Assembly (NCBI GenBank): GCA_019244185.1
Contig: JAFATB010000014.1
Span: 640,001 to 704,000, forward strand
Source of the DNA: Acidobacteriota bacterium
Lineage (GTDB): Bacteria; Acidobacteriota; Thermoanaerobaculia; Gp7-AA8
Length of the DNA stretch: 64,000 bases
Reading direction: 5' to 3'
Shown: piece by piece, positions 29,176-37,918 of the stretch
Layout: each line of letters begins with the position of its first letter
Position numbering within the stretch: the stretch's first letter is position 1
The notes under the pieces: model-generated
Told to the model about the DNA's origin: nothing
Seen by the model: only the letters and a program-made list of their open reading frames with translations
Database searches by the model: none
Program-made: the position numbers and the translations under genes

Positions 29176-30364
29176 TTCTCAATTCTGCCTTCTGCCCTCT
29201 GCCTTCTGCCTTCTGCTTTTGACCTCCTGCGCAACGACAACGACGTCACCACTGCGACAAGCGATCGACAGCGAGATCGCAAAGTTCCCAAGAGCTCTCT
29301 GGTTCGCCGACGTCGAAGACGACAACGGCCACGTGCTCTACGCGCGCAACGCGAGCCTCCTCGCCGTGCCCGCTTCCAACCGCAAGCTCGCTGCTGCCGT
29401 CACCATCGCCAACTGCCTCGGCACCGACACGCGTCTCGCCACGACCATCTGGCGCGACGGCGACGATCTCGTCGTCTCCGGCGACGGCGACCCCTCCCTC
29501 GGCTCGTGGCGCTATGAACGCGACAACGACTTCGACGTCGTCGCCAATGCGCTCCGCGCGCGCGGCATCACGCGCGTCCGCGATCTCGTCGCCGACGTCT
29601 CGTCCTTCGGCGACCGCATCACGATTCCGCCGGCTTGGAAAGTGAACTACCTGCCCGAGACCTACGGCGCGCCCGTCGACGCGATCGCCTGGGAAGAGAA
29701 CGGCGCGAACGGCCACTCGATCCCCGATCCCGGCATGTTCGCGCTCGCCGCGCTGCGCGACGCGCTCGTGCTGCACGGGATCGCCGTCGACGGCACGCTG
29801 CGCGTCAACACGACAGCGCACGCGTTGAATGAGCAGATGGGCGAAAAGCTGCTCGAGATCCCGTCGCCATTCGTCGGACAGCTGCTGACGACGGTGCTGA
29901 AGAACAGCCAGAACCTCTACACCGAAATGCTCTTCAAACGCGCGAGCGACGGCACGTACGCGAGCTCGTTCGCACGCGAGCGCGCGCTGCTCGCGTCCGA
30001 TATCGGCGCGCGCGGCGACGCCTTCCGCTTCGTCGACGGCTGCGGTCTCGCGCCCGACGATCTCGTCGCGGCCGAGACGACGGTGAAGATCCTCCGCTGG
30101 ATGAACGACCCCGCGCGCCGCGGTTTCTGGTGGACGGTGCTCGCGCAACCGGGTGAGGAAGGCACGCTGCATCGCCGCGTCGTCGCGCTGCACGACCGCA
30201 TGCGCGGCAAGACCGGCACGTTGAACGGTGTCAACGCGCTGAGCGGCATCATCGCCATGCCCGACGGCCACTATCGCTACTTTTCGCTGATGGTGAATCA
30301 CCAGGCCAGCGACGCGGACGCGGAAGACGCGCTCGATGCGATGGCGCTGGCGATCGCGCGGTAG
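29168..30364 (+). CDS. dacB: D-Ala-D-Ala carboxypeptidase/endopeptidase (PBP4, peptidase S13), probable lipoprotein
   Basis: PASNRK (SxxK), SQNLYTE (SxN), GKTGTL, GDGDPSL. TTG start inferred. Confidence 0.88.
   Translation: MRNSQFCLLPSAFCLLLLTSCATTTTSPLRQAIDSEIAKFPRALWFADVEDDNGHVLYARNASLLAVPASNRKLAAAVTIANCLGTDTRLATTIWRDGDDLVVSGDGDPSLGSWRYERDNDFDVVANALRARGITRVRDLVADVSSFGDRITIPPAWKVNYLPETYGAPVDAIAWEENGANGHSIPDPGMFALAALRDALVLHGIAVDGTLRVNTTAHALNEQMGEKLLEIPSPFVGQLLTTVLKNSQNLYTEMLFKRASDGTYASSFARERALLASDIGARGDAFRFVDGCGLAPDDLVAAETTVKILRWMNDPARRGFWWTVLAQPGEEGTLHRRVVALHDRMRGKTGTLNGVNALSGIIAMPDGHYRYFSLMVNHQASDADAEDALDAMALAIAR
29174..29218 (+). repeat. Heptamer tandem repeat (TTCTGCC-type), single arm
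   Basis: AATTCTC AATTCTG CCTTCTG CCCTCTG CCTTCTG CCTTCTG. Confidence 0.75.
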
Positions 30365-30418
30365 CGCGCGTTCCAACGAATCGCGTTTCGCGACGTCTCT
30401 AGGCAGGGAGGGATTCGT

Positions 30419-31021
30419 ATGCCTCGCAGGACGTTGGCGCTCCTGTCGTTCGTCGTTGCACTGCATGTCGCGGCAGATCCGGCGAAGCCGTTGACGCTTC
30501 CGATCGGAACGCCGGCCCCCGTGCTCGAGGTGCGGTTTCTCGATGGCTCGAAACCGAAGCCGTGGCGGGAGCTCCGCGGGCGCGTCGTCGTGCTCGAGTT
30601 CTGGGCGAGCTGGTGCAGCCCGTGCGTCGCCGCGATCCCGCACATCGACGCGCTGAAGCGCGAGCTCGCGAACGAGCCGGTCGACATCATTTCCATCACC
30701 TACGAACCGAAGGCGAAGACGGACGCGTTTCTCGCGAAGCATCCGATGTCGACAAACGTGGCGCTGGACCACGATCTCGCGACATTCACCGCGTACATGG
30801 CCTGGGGCATTCCGATGGCGTACGTGATCGACAAGGAAGGCAACGTCGCGTCGGTCGTCTATCCCGCGAAGCTGACGGCGGCCGTCATTCGCGACGTCAT
30901 GGCCGGACGGAAACCGGACGTCGAGCAGGAGCAGGGCTGGTCGGATCCCGAGGGGGCGGCGAAGTACTTCCGCGAGCAGTTGGAGGCGGACCGGAAACAA
31001 TTCGGCAGCAGCGAGCCGTGA
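30419..31021 (+). CDS. TlpA/ResA-like thiol-disulfide oxidoreductase, exported
   Basis: LRGRVVVLEFWASWCSPC, GIPMAYVIDKEG; signal peptide. Confidence 0.9.
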   Translation: MPRRTLALLSFVVALHVAADPAKPLTLPIGTPAPVLEVRFLDGSKPKPWRELRGRVVVLEFWASWCSPCVAAIPHIDALKRELANEPVDIISITYEPKAKTDAFLAKHPMSTNVALDHDLATFTAYMAWGIPMAYVIDKEGNVASVVYPAKLTAAVIRDVMAGRKPDVEQEQGWSDPEGAAKYFREQLEADRKQFGSSEP

Positions 31022-31036
31022 AGTCGTGCGGCGAAT

Positions 31037-32524
31037 TCAACGCCGCGTGAAGGTCTCGTCGAAGAAAGTCAACGTCTTGACCGTCCCGTCGACATCGCTG
31101 CTGAACGCCACCTGCTCGTCGACGTCGTCCGGCTCGGAGACGGCGGTGAAGACGTCGTAGTGAAAGTGGGCGAGGGGAATGGTGAGGCGATTCCACCGCA
31201 GCACGAGCCCGTTCTCCGCGAGCGAGATCTTCACCGTACCGTACGCGCGGCTCTCGTAGTCGCCGGCGTACGCGGCGAGCGGATGCGACGGCGTCGTGTT
31301 CGGCTGGCGCCTGGCCTGCCGATCGAGCTTCTCCTTCGCTTCTTTCTCGTCCGCCTTGCGGTCGACCATGAGGTAGTACGCGTTCCAGTCGCGCCCCATC
31401 TTCGCGGTGAGCATGTCGATGAGCGTGTTACGCAGCGCGACGAGGGCCATGCCGCGGCCGAGGTTCGAGAGGATCACGAAACCGATGTTGCGGCGGGGGA
31501 GGAGATCGACGTGCGTGCGGAAGCCGTTGAGCGCGCCGGCGTGCGAGACGAGCAGCTCGCCGCGGTAGTCCTGCACGTTCCACCCCATCGCGTACGAGAG
31601 CAGTTGCGTCTCGGGGTTCGTGTCGCGCGTGAGCCCATCGAGCCGGATCACCGTCTGCGGCGTCTTCGTCTCCCCGAGCCCCTCGGCACTGACCAGCTGC
31701 CGGTTGTCGAAGAAGCCCTGCGCGAGCTGGAAGCGGATCCAGTTCGCCATGTCGTGGGCGCTCGACTTGATCGCGCCGCCCGCGCCGATCGTGGTCGTGT
31801 CGATCGGCTGCTGCGGCGTCACGCGCTCGGTCGTGAAGTCGTAGCGGAAGCCGTTCGCGTGATCGGACGCGGCCCAGTCGGCGTCGCTCGTCACCGTGCG
31901 CGTCATCTGCAGCGGCTGGAAGATGCGCGTCTTCACGAAGTCGTCCCAGCGCATCCCCGACGCGTGCGTCACGACTTCGCCCGCGGCGATGAACATGATG
32001 TTCTGGTACTGGTACTCGGTGCGGAACGGCTTCGACAGCGGCACGAAGCCGATGCGGCGCACCACGTCCTCGCGCGTCAGCGGCGTGTTGTCCCACAGCT
32101 CGTCGTGGCGCGAGAGGCCGGTGCGGTGCGTGACGAGATCGCGGATCGTCACCTGCGACGACGCGCATTCGTCGGCGAGGCGAAAGTACTCGAGATGCTC
32201 GCGCACCGGGTCGTCCCACGAGAGCTTCTTCTCGTCGACGAGCATCGCCAGCGCGGCGGTGGTGAACGCCTTCGACGTCGACGCGATCTGGAACAGCGTG
32301 TCGGAGGTGACGAGCGCGTTCGTCGTGAAGTCTTTGACGCCGTAGCCGTTCGCGTAGATCACGCGGTCGTTCTGCACGATCGCGATCGCGGCGCCGGGGA
32401 TCTTCCACGCGCGCATCGTGTTCGTGACCGCGCGGTCGAGCGTCTTCGCATCGAGACGCTGCTGCTGCGCGAACGCGCCGGCGGCGAAGACACAAACAAC
32501 GACAAAGGCGCGAAGCGGACGCAT
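31037..32524 (-). CDS. Serine hydrolase (beta-lactamase/AmpC-like) with C-terminal DUF3471-like domain
   Basis: FQIASTSK (SxxK), YQYQN (YxN), HAGALNGF, YAGDYESRAYG; signal peptide. Confidence 0.92.
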   Translation of the reverse strand: MRPLRAFVVVCVFAAGAFAQQQRLDAKTLDRAVTNTMRAWKIPGAAIAIVQNDRVIYANGYGVKDFTTNALVTSDTLFQIASTSKAFTTAALAMLVDEKKLSWDDPVREHLEYFRLADECASSQVTIRDLVTHRTGLSRHDELWDNTPLTREDVVRRIGFVPLSKPFRTEYQYQNIMFIAAGEVVTHASGMRWDDFVKTRIFQPLQMTRTVTSDADWAASDHANGFRYDFTTERVTPQQPIDTTTIGAGGAIKSSAHDMANWIRFQLAQGFFDNRQLVSAEGLGETKTPQTVIRLDGLTRDTNPETQLLSYAMGWNVQDYRGELLVSHAGALNGFRTHVDLLPRRNIGFVILSNLGRGMALVALRNTLIDMLTAKMGRDWNAYYLMVDRKADEKEAKEKLDRQARRQPNTTPSHPLAAYAGDYESRAYGTVKISLAENGLVLRWNRLTIPLAHFHYDVFTAVSEPDDVDEQVAFSSDVDGTVKTLTFFDETFTRR

Positions 32525-33870
32525 CAGTGCATTGTACGCAACGCCCGCCGCGTCAACGCTTCACGTCCGAAGTAGAAGAGGACGCCCGCGGCCATGACGT
32601 ACAGCGCGGCGACGCGGAGGTGTTTGTCCGGCGAGACCACGACGTAGCCCCAGAGGCCGAGCGCAACGATGGCCGGCAGCGGATAGAGCCACATGCGGAA
32701 CGGCCGCGGGCGGTCCGGCTGGCGCACGCGCAGCACGACCGCGCCGACGATCTGCGCCATGAACGGGATGATCGCGCGGATCGTGAGGATGCCGGCGATG
32801 ATGTGCCGGAGCGGCAGCCAGCAGAAGACCGCCGTGACCGCGCCGAGGAAGAGGATGGCCACGAACGGATACGACCCGGTGGCGTGCAGGCGCGCGAAGA
32901 TCGCGAAGAAGTTGCGGTCGCGCGCGGCGGCGTAGAGGATCCGCGAGTAGCCGAGCATCACCGAGAAGATCGACGCGAAGCCGGTCCAGAGAATCATCCC
33001 GGAGACCCACTGCGCGGTGCGCGGTCCGGCGAGCACGCGCATGTAGTCGGCGACGACGGAGGTGGACTTCGACGCAACCTCGTACGGCAGCACGGAGATG
33101 ATGCACGCCTGCATGAGGATGTAGAGCGCGGCGATGGCGAGAATGGAGATCACGATGACGCGCGGAATCGTTTTGTGTGCGTCAATGACCTCGTCGCCGA
33201 TGGAGGCGATGTTGTAGTAGCCGAGGTAGTCGTAGACGGCGAAGATCAGCGCGGCGCCGAGTCCGGTGAAACCGGCTTTGCCGTCGAAGCGCGGCGCGGA
33301 CCAGAACGCGAACGCCGACAGCTTGAGATGCGGCAGTCCGGCGGCGATGACGACGGCCATCGTGCCGAGGACGCCGATCCAGAGGATGATCGAGAAGCGC
33401 CCGATCGCGTCGATGCGGCGCAGGAGCAGCACGACGATGGCCGCGCAGATGAGCGTCGCCGCGACGGGGATATGGCCGCCGACGCGCGGCACGATCGGCT
33501 CGAGGTACTGCGCGAAGCCGATGCAGCCCGACGCCATCGAGAGCGGCGCGCTGACGAGGATCTGGAAGAGGAAGAGAAAGGAGAGGAGGCGTCCCGCGCG
33601 GCCGAACGACTCGCGCAGGAAGACGTACGAGCCGCCCGCGTGCGGCATCTGCGATCCGAGCTCCGCGGTGACGATGCCGTCGCAGATGGCGAGCAGTCCC
33701 GCCAGCAGCCACGCCGCCATGCAGCGCGCGCCGCCCATCTTGGCGAGGATCAGCGGCAGCGTGATGAACGGCCCGATCCCGACCATGTCGATCATGTTCA
33801 GCGCGACGCCGCGCCACAGACCGATCTGGCGGGGAAAGGGAGGGTGGGCGGCGGGCGCGGTGGCGGACAT
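32524..33870 (-). CDS. APC family amino acid permease
   Basis: MVGIGPF, AELGSQMPHAGGSYVFL, RPFRMWLYP; about 12 TM. Confidence 0.92.
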   Translation of the reverse strand: MSATAPAAHPPFPRQIGLWRGVALNMIDMVGIGPFITLPLILAKMGGARCMAAWLLAGLLAICDGIVTAELGSQMPHAGGSYVFLRESFGRAGRLLSFLFLFQILVSAPLSMASGCIGFAQYLEPIVPRVGGHIPVAATLICAAIVVLLLRRIDAIGRFSIILWIGVLGTMAVVIAAGLPHLKLSAFAFWSAPRFDGKAGFTGLGAALIFAVYDYLGYYNIASIGDEVIDAHKTIPRVIVISILAIAALYILMQACIISVLPYEVASKSTSVVADYMRVLAGPRTAQWVSGMILWTGFASIFSVMLGYSRILYAAARDRNFFAIFARLHATGSYPFVAILFLGAVTAVFCWLPLRHIIAGILTIRAIIPFMAQIVGAVVLRVRQPDRPRPFRMWLYPLPAIVALGLWGYVVVSPDKHLRVAALYVMAAGVLFYFGREALTRRALRTMH

Positions 33871-33930
33871 CGCGGCGGAGTGTAGCGCGGGAGGGAGGCG
33901 GGAGGGGGGGCGGGGGGAAGGCAGAGGGCA

Positions 33931-34048
33931 GAAGGCTGAATGAAGAATGAAGAACGCAGAATGAAGAATTCAGAATGAAGACGCGCCAGGCGGGGTGGCG
34001 GCGTTTCTCAATTCTTCATTCTGCGTTCTGCATTCTTCATTCGCCTTC
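33931..34048. repeat. Inverted heptamer tandem repeat, second full copy
   Basis: GAAGGCTGAATGAAGAATGAAGAACGCAGAATGAAGAATT and a near-perfect reverse complement; preceded by a G-rich tract. Confidence 0.85.
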
Positions 34049-34423
34049 CATCAACAACACCATCTCGAAGAGCCGCAAGAGTTCCTCGAAACGCGCGTGC
34101 GGCTTGCGCAGGACCGGCACATTGACGTCGGCATCCAGTGCATCGCGATCGCTGACGAAAATCACCGGCACCGCGGAGCCGATTTCGTGCGCGATATCCA
34201 ATGCGCGTAGATCGGGTAAATCGAGATCGAGAATCAAAACGTCCGGCTGCAGTCTACGGACCGTGTCACTGGTGTCCGAATTCGCAGGAATTACCGAGCA
34301 TTCGAGCTCCATCAGGCGGAAGAACATGTGCAGCATTTCCGCAGCGTCCCGGTCTCCCTCCACGACGGCTACATGCCGGGTTGTGAACAATTCGAGGCCG
34401 GGACTATCCTTGATCGGCTGCAA
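34037..34423 (-). CDS. Stand-alone response regulator receiver domain
   Basis: VAVVEGD, PDVLILDLDLPD, PVIFVS, LRKP. Confidence 0.8.
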   Translation of the reverse strand: MQPIKDSPGLELFTTRHVAVVEGDRDAAEMLHMFFRLMELECSVIPANSDTSDTVRRLQPDVLILDLDLPDLRALDIAHEIGSAVPVIFVSDRDALDADVNVPVLRKPHARFEELLRLFEMVLLMEGE

Positions 34424-34429
34424 TGGCTG

Positions 34430-34651
34430 CTACTCGTCTTCCCCTTCCAGATCGAACAACTCGAAGGCGCGCACTTCCTCGCCCGACAGCCGCCGGCATG
34501 CCGCCGCAATGGCGGCAATACAGCGCCGCGTCGGTTCCATACGCCCCATCCGAATCCGCAGAAGATGCTGGCGGCTGTATCCCGACTCCCGCGCAAGGTG
34601 CGCCGGCTTGATCCCTCTGCTCTTCAAAAACGATTCGAGGCGTGTGGCCAT
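34430..34651 (-). CDS. Small XRE/Cro-like HTH protein
   Basis: LESFLKSRGIKPAHLARESGYSRQHLLRIRMGRMEPT...ELF. Confidence 0.85.
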   Translation of the reverse strand: MATRLESFLKSRGIKPAHLARESGYSRQHLLRIRMGRMEPTRRCIAAIAAACRRLSGEEVRAFELFDLEGEDE

Positions 34652-34665
34652 GTGCAATATTCTGC

Positions 34666-34694
34666 ATAGTAGGCAGGTGCAGGATGGATGTCAA
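34666..34694 (-). promoter_or_regulatory. Near-consensus sigma70 promoter for the Cro-like gene
   Basis: TTGACA (34694-34689), 17 bp, TACTAT (34671-34666). Confidence 0.75.
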
Positions 34695-34995
34695 TCCGCA
34701 AGTGCACAAATCGTCCACTGCGGCGCAACATAGTGCGCAAGCTACAGTAAAGATTTGACTTGCGCATAGTCGCGCAAACGTTCCATTTCGCGCCCACCTC
34801 CAATCCCCCCTTGTTCTACGGGGGGTGGAAATGTGCTCTGGCGTCACACCGTGTGCGAGAGTGTGCGTGCATGAAGTGACCGGCACCCCGAGTTCGCACT
34901 GAGCGGCCGCACTCTCGCTGCCCTCGGATCCGGTTCCTCCACAGTGTTCCTTGGCCGTCGTACGACTCTGGTGAGAAGTAACTTTTAAGTGTCTA

Positions 34996-35820
34996 ATGTC
35001 TGACGCCCTTATGCTCGGCGAAACTGTTCGGCAAGCACGCATTAAAAAGAACCTGACGCAGGCTCGACTGGCGAAGCTTGCCGGCGTCAGCCGCCGCCAT
35101 CTCGCCGCCCTCGAAAAGGGCGCGAATGTCTCCGTCAACATCCTCCAGCGCGTCGCCAACGTCCTGGAACTGACGGAGATCCCGCTCGGCGACCTCTCCT
35201 TGCGTTCGCAGGAAAACGAGCGCAACGTGAACGTCCCGCTCCTCACCGACACGATCCGCGAAGCCCGCGCGGAAGCGGAACGCGCACAGGCGATCCTCTC
35301 GCGCGCGGAATCGCTCCTCGGCCTGCGCGAAGCGTCCAACGGCACGACGCCGCTGATCCAGGTCGCCTTTCCGCGCATGCCCGTGCGCCGCATCACGCCG
35401 CCGCCCGGCATCACCGTCGGCGTCGACATCCTCCGCGAACGCCCCGACTACGCGGAGATCGAGACCGCCGGCGAGATCCGCCACGGCGAGCCGATCGACG
35501 AGACGAAGCGCGAGAAGGTCGCCATCCCGCAGTCGCTGCTCGAAGACGGCGAGATCATCTTCCGCGCGCGCGGCGACGGTCTGCGCGATCAGGGCATCGA
35601 AGACGGCGATCTGCTGGTGGTTGAATTGCGCGCGCGCGGCCGTGCCGCGAACGGCGAGCTCGTCATCGGCCGCATCGGCAAACAGGTGTTCGTCGGCCGC
35701 TGGTGGCAGAAGCACGGACAGAAAGCATTGATGTCCAACGGTCTCTCCGAGGTCACGGTGGGACGCTCGGCGCGCTCGCTGAAAATCGTGGCCGCGATCA
35801 ATCAGATTGTGAGGATGTAG
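34996..35820 (+). CDS. XRE-HTH + LexA/S24-like domain repressor (catalytically degenerate)
   Basis: LTQARLAKLAGVSRRHLAALEKG HTH; FRARGDGLRDQGIEDGDLLVVE...ANGELVI S24 fold. Confidence 0.85.
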   Translation: MSDALMLGETVRQARIKKNLTQARLAKLAGVSRRHLAALEKGANVSVNILQRVANVLELTEIPLGDLSLRSQENERNVNVPLLTDTIREARAEAERAQAILSRAESLLGLREASNGTTPLIQVAFPRMPVRRITPPPGITVGVDILRERPDYAEIETAGEIRHGEPIDETKREKVAIPQSLLEDGEIIFRARGDGLRDQGIEDGDLLVVELRARGRAANGELVIGRIGKQVFVGRWWQKHGQKALMSNGLSEVTVGRSARSLKIVAAINQIVRM

Positions 35821-35851
35821 CGCGCGTTCGCCGTTATAGGATTTGCGGGCC

Positions 35852-37918
35852 ATGAAACCGCTCATCCCCGCACTCGCGCTCGTTCTCGCCGTTTCCTGCG
35901 CCACCGCTCCGAAAGCGCCGCCGGTCGTGGAAGCGCCGCGTCCGAAGCCGCTCCTCGGCGAGCACGGCTTCGACCTCACGCAGATCGATCGTTCCGTCAG
36001 CCCGTGCGACAACTTCTATGACTATGCGACCGCGGGCTGGCGCAAGACCAATCCGCTGCCGTCGACGTACTCGCGCTTCGGCCGTTTCGAGGAAGTGGCG
36101 GATCGCAACCGCGCGACGCTGCGCTCGATCCTCGAGGCATCGGCGAAAGAGACGAATGCGGCGCCCGGATCGAACACGCAGAAGATCGGCGACTTCTGGT
36201 CCGCGTGCATGAACGAGACGCTCATCGAGCAGCAGGGCGCCGGACCGATTCAGCCGTCGCTCGACCGCATCAACGCGATCAACTCGCGCACGGATGTCGT
36301 GGCCGAGGTGCGCCGCGAGAAGCTCGCCGGCATCAACTCGCTGTTCCGCTTCGGCGCGCAGAACGACTTCAAGAACAGCCAGCAGATCATCGCCGGCATC
36401 GGCCAGGGCGGACTCGGACTGCCCGACCGCGACTACTACCTGCGCGATGACGGCACGTTCAAGACGACGCGCCAGCAGTACGCGGCGCACATCGCGAAGA
36501 TGTTCGCGCTCGCGGGCGTGTCCGCCGCGCAGGCGCAGACCGACGCCGATCGCGTGGTCTCGCTGGAGACGCAGCTCGCGCAGGCGTCGATGGCGCGCGT
36601 CGAACAGCGCAATCCCGAAAACATCTACCATATCACGCCGGTCGCCGACCTGCAGACGCTCGCGCCGCAGCTCGACCTGCCGTCGCTCTTCACGGCCGCG
36701 GGACTGCAGGACCTGCGCTCGGTCAACGTCGCGCAGCCCGACTACTTTCGCGAAGTGAATCGCCTGCTCGATGAAGCGCCGGTCGAGACGTGGAAGGCGT
36801 ACCTGCGCTGGAAGGTCATCGACGACGCGGCGCCGCTACTGTCGTCGCCGTTCGTGAACGAGGACTTCGCGTTCCGCGGCGTGACGCTCTCCGGCCAGAA
36901 GGAAATCCAGCCGCGCTGGCAGCGCTGCGTGCGCGCCGCCGATGAGAACATCGGCGAGATTCTCGGCCAGGAGTACGTGAAGCGCGCGTTCACTCCCGAA
37001 GCGAAAGCGAAGATGAACGCGCTCATCGACAACCTCGTCTCCGCGCTGCGCGAGGACATCCCGACGCTCACGTGGATGGGACCCGAGACGAAGCGCGCCG
37101 CGCTCGAGAAGCTCGACGCGTTCCGCCGCCGCATCGGCTATCCCGACAAGTGGATCGACTACACGAACCTGCAGATTGGCCACGACTCGTACGCGCAGAA
37201 CGTCTTCGCCGCGAACACGTTCGCCGTGCGCCGCGCGTCGGGCCGCATCGGCAAGCCGGACGATCCGAATGAATGGGGCTTCTTCACGCCGTCGACCGTC
37301 AACGCCGGCTACAACCCGCCGCAGAACAACATCACGTTCCCGGCCGGCATCCTCCAGCCGCCGTTCTACGATCCGAACGCCGACGACGCGTACAACTACG
37401 GCGGCATCGGCGTCGTCATCGGTCACGAGATGACGCACGGCTTCGACGATCAGGGCGCGAAGTTCGATCCGCAGGGCAACCTGCGCAACTGGTGGACCGA
37501 CGCGGACCTCAAGAATTTCCAGCAGCGCGCCGCCTGCATCGCGAACACGTACGGCGCGTTCCCCGTCGAAGCCAACATCAATCTGCAGGGCAAGCTCGTC
37601 ACCGGCGAAGCCATCGCGGACCTCGGCGGCGCGACGATCGCACTGCGCGCGTACGAGAAGTCGCTGCAGGGACACGATCGCCAGGTGATCGACGGCTTCA
37701 CGCCCGAGCAGCGCTTCTTCCTCGGCTTCGCGCAGGTCTGGGCGCAAAACATGGCCCCTGAAGAGGCGCGGCGCCGCGCGCTCACCGACCCGCATGCGCC
37801 CGGTCCCGCGCGCGTGAACCTCACCGTGCAGAACATGCCGGAGTTCGCCGACGCGTGGAACTGCCCGGCCGGCGCGAAGATGACGCGGCCGGCAGGGGAG
37901 CGGTGCTCGATCTGGTGA
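35852..37918 (+). CDS. M13 family metallopeptidase (neprilysin/PepO-like) lipoprotein
   Basis: Lipobox LAVSC, SPCDNFY, VNAGY, GHEMTHGFDDQG, GEAIADLGG. Confidence 0.95.
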   Translation: MKPLIPALALVLAVSCATAPKAPPVVEAPRPKPLLGEHGFDLTQIDRSVSPCDNFYDYATAGWRKTNPLPSTYSRFGRFEEVADRNRATLRSILEASAKETNAAPGSNTQKIGDFWSACMNETLIEQQGAGPIQPSLDRINAINSRTDVVAEVRREKLAGINSLFRFGAQNDFKNSQQIIAGIGQGGLGLPDRDYYLRDDGTFKTTRQQYAAHIAKMFALAGVSAAQAQTDADRVVSLETQLAQASMARVEQRNPENIYHITPVADLQTLAPQLDLPSLFTAAGLQDLRSVNVAQPDYFREVNRLLDEAPVETWKAYLRWKVIDDAAPLLSSPFVNEDFAFRGVTLSGQKEIQPRWQRCVRAADENIGEILGQEYVKRAFTPEAKAKMNALIDNLVSALREDIPTLTWMGPETKRAALEKLDAFRRRIGYPDKWIDYTNLQIGHDSYAQNVFAANTFAVRRASGRIGKPDDPNEWGFFTPSTVNAGYNPPQNNITFPAGILQPPFYDPNADDAYNYGGIGVVIGHEMTHGFDDQGAKFDPQGNLRNWWTDADLKNFQQRAACIANTYGAFPVEANINLQGKLVTGEAIADLGGATIALRAYEKSLQGHDRQVIDGFTPEQRFFLGFAQVWAQNMAPEEARRRALTDPHAPGPARVNLTVQNMPEFADAWNCPAGAKMTRPAGERCSIW

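Noticed and set aside
31037-32524. Antibiotic-resistance beta-lactamase
   Set aside because: Length and C-terminal domain fit the broad serine hydrolase/peptidase family; resistance cannot be inferred from sequence.
34430-35820. Prophage suggested by the cI/cro-like pair
   Set aside because: No integrase, replication, structural or lysis genes or att sites nearby; kept only as a regulatory finding.
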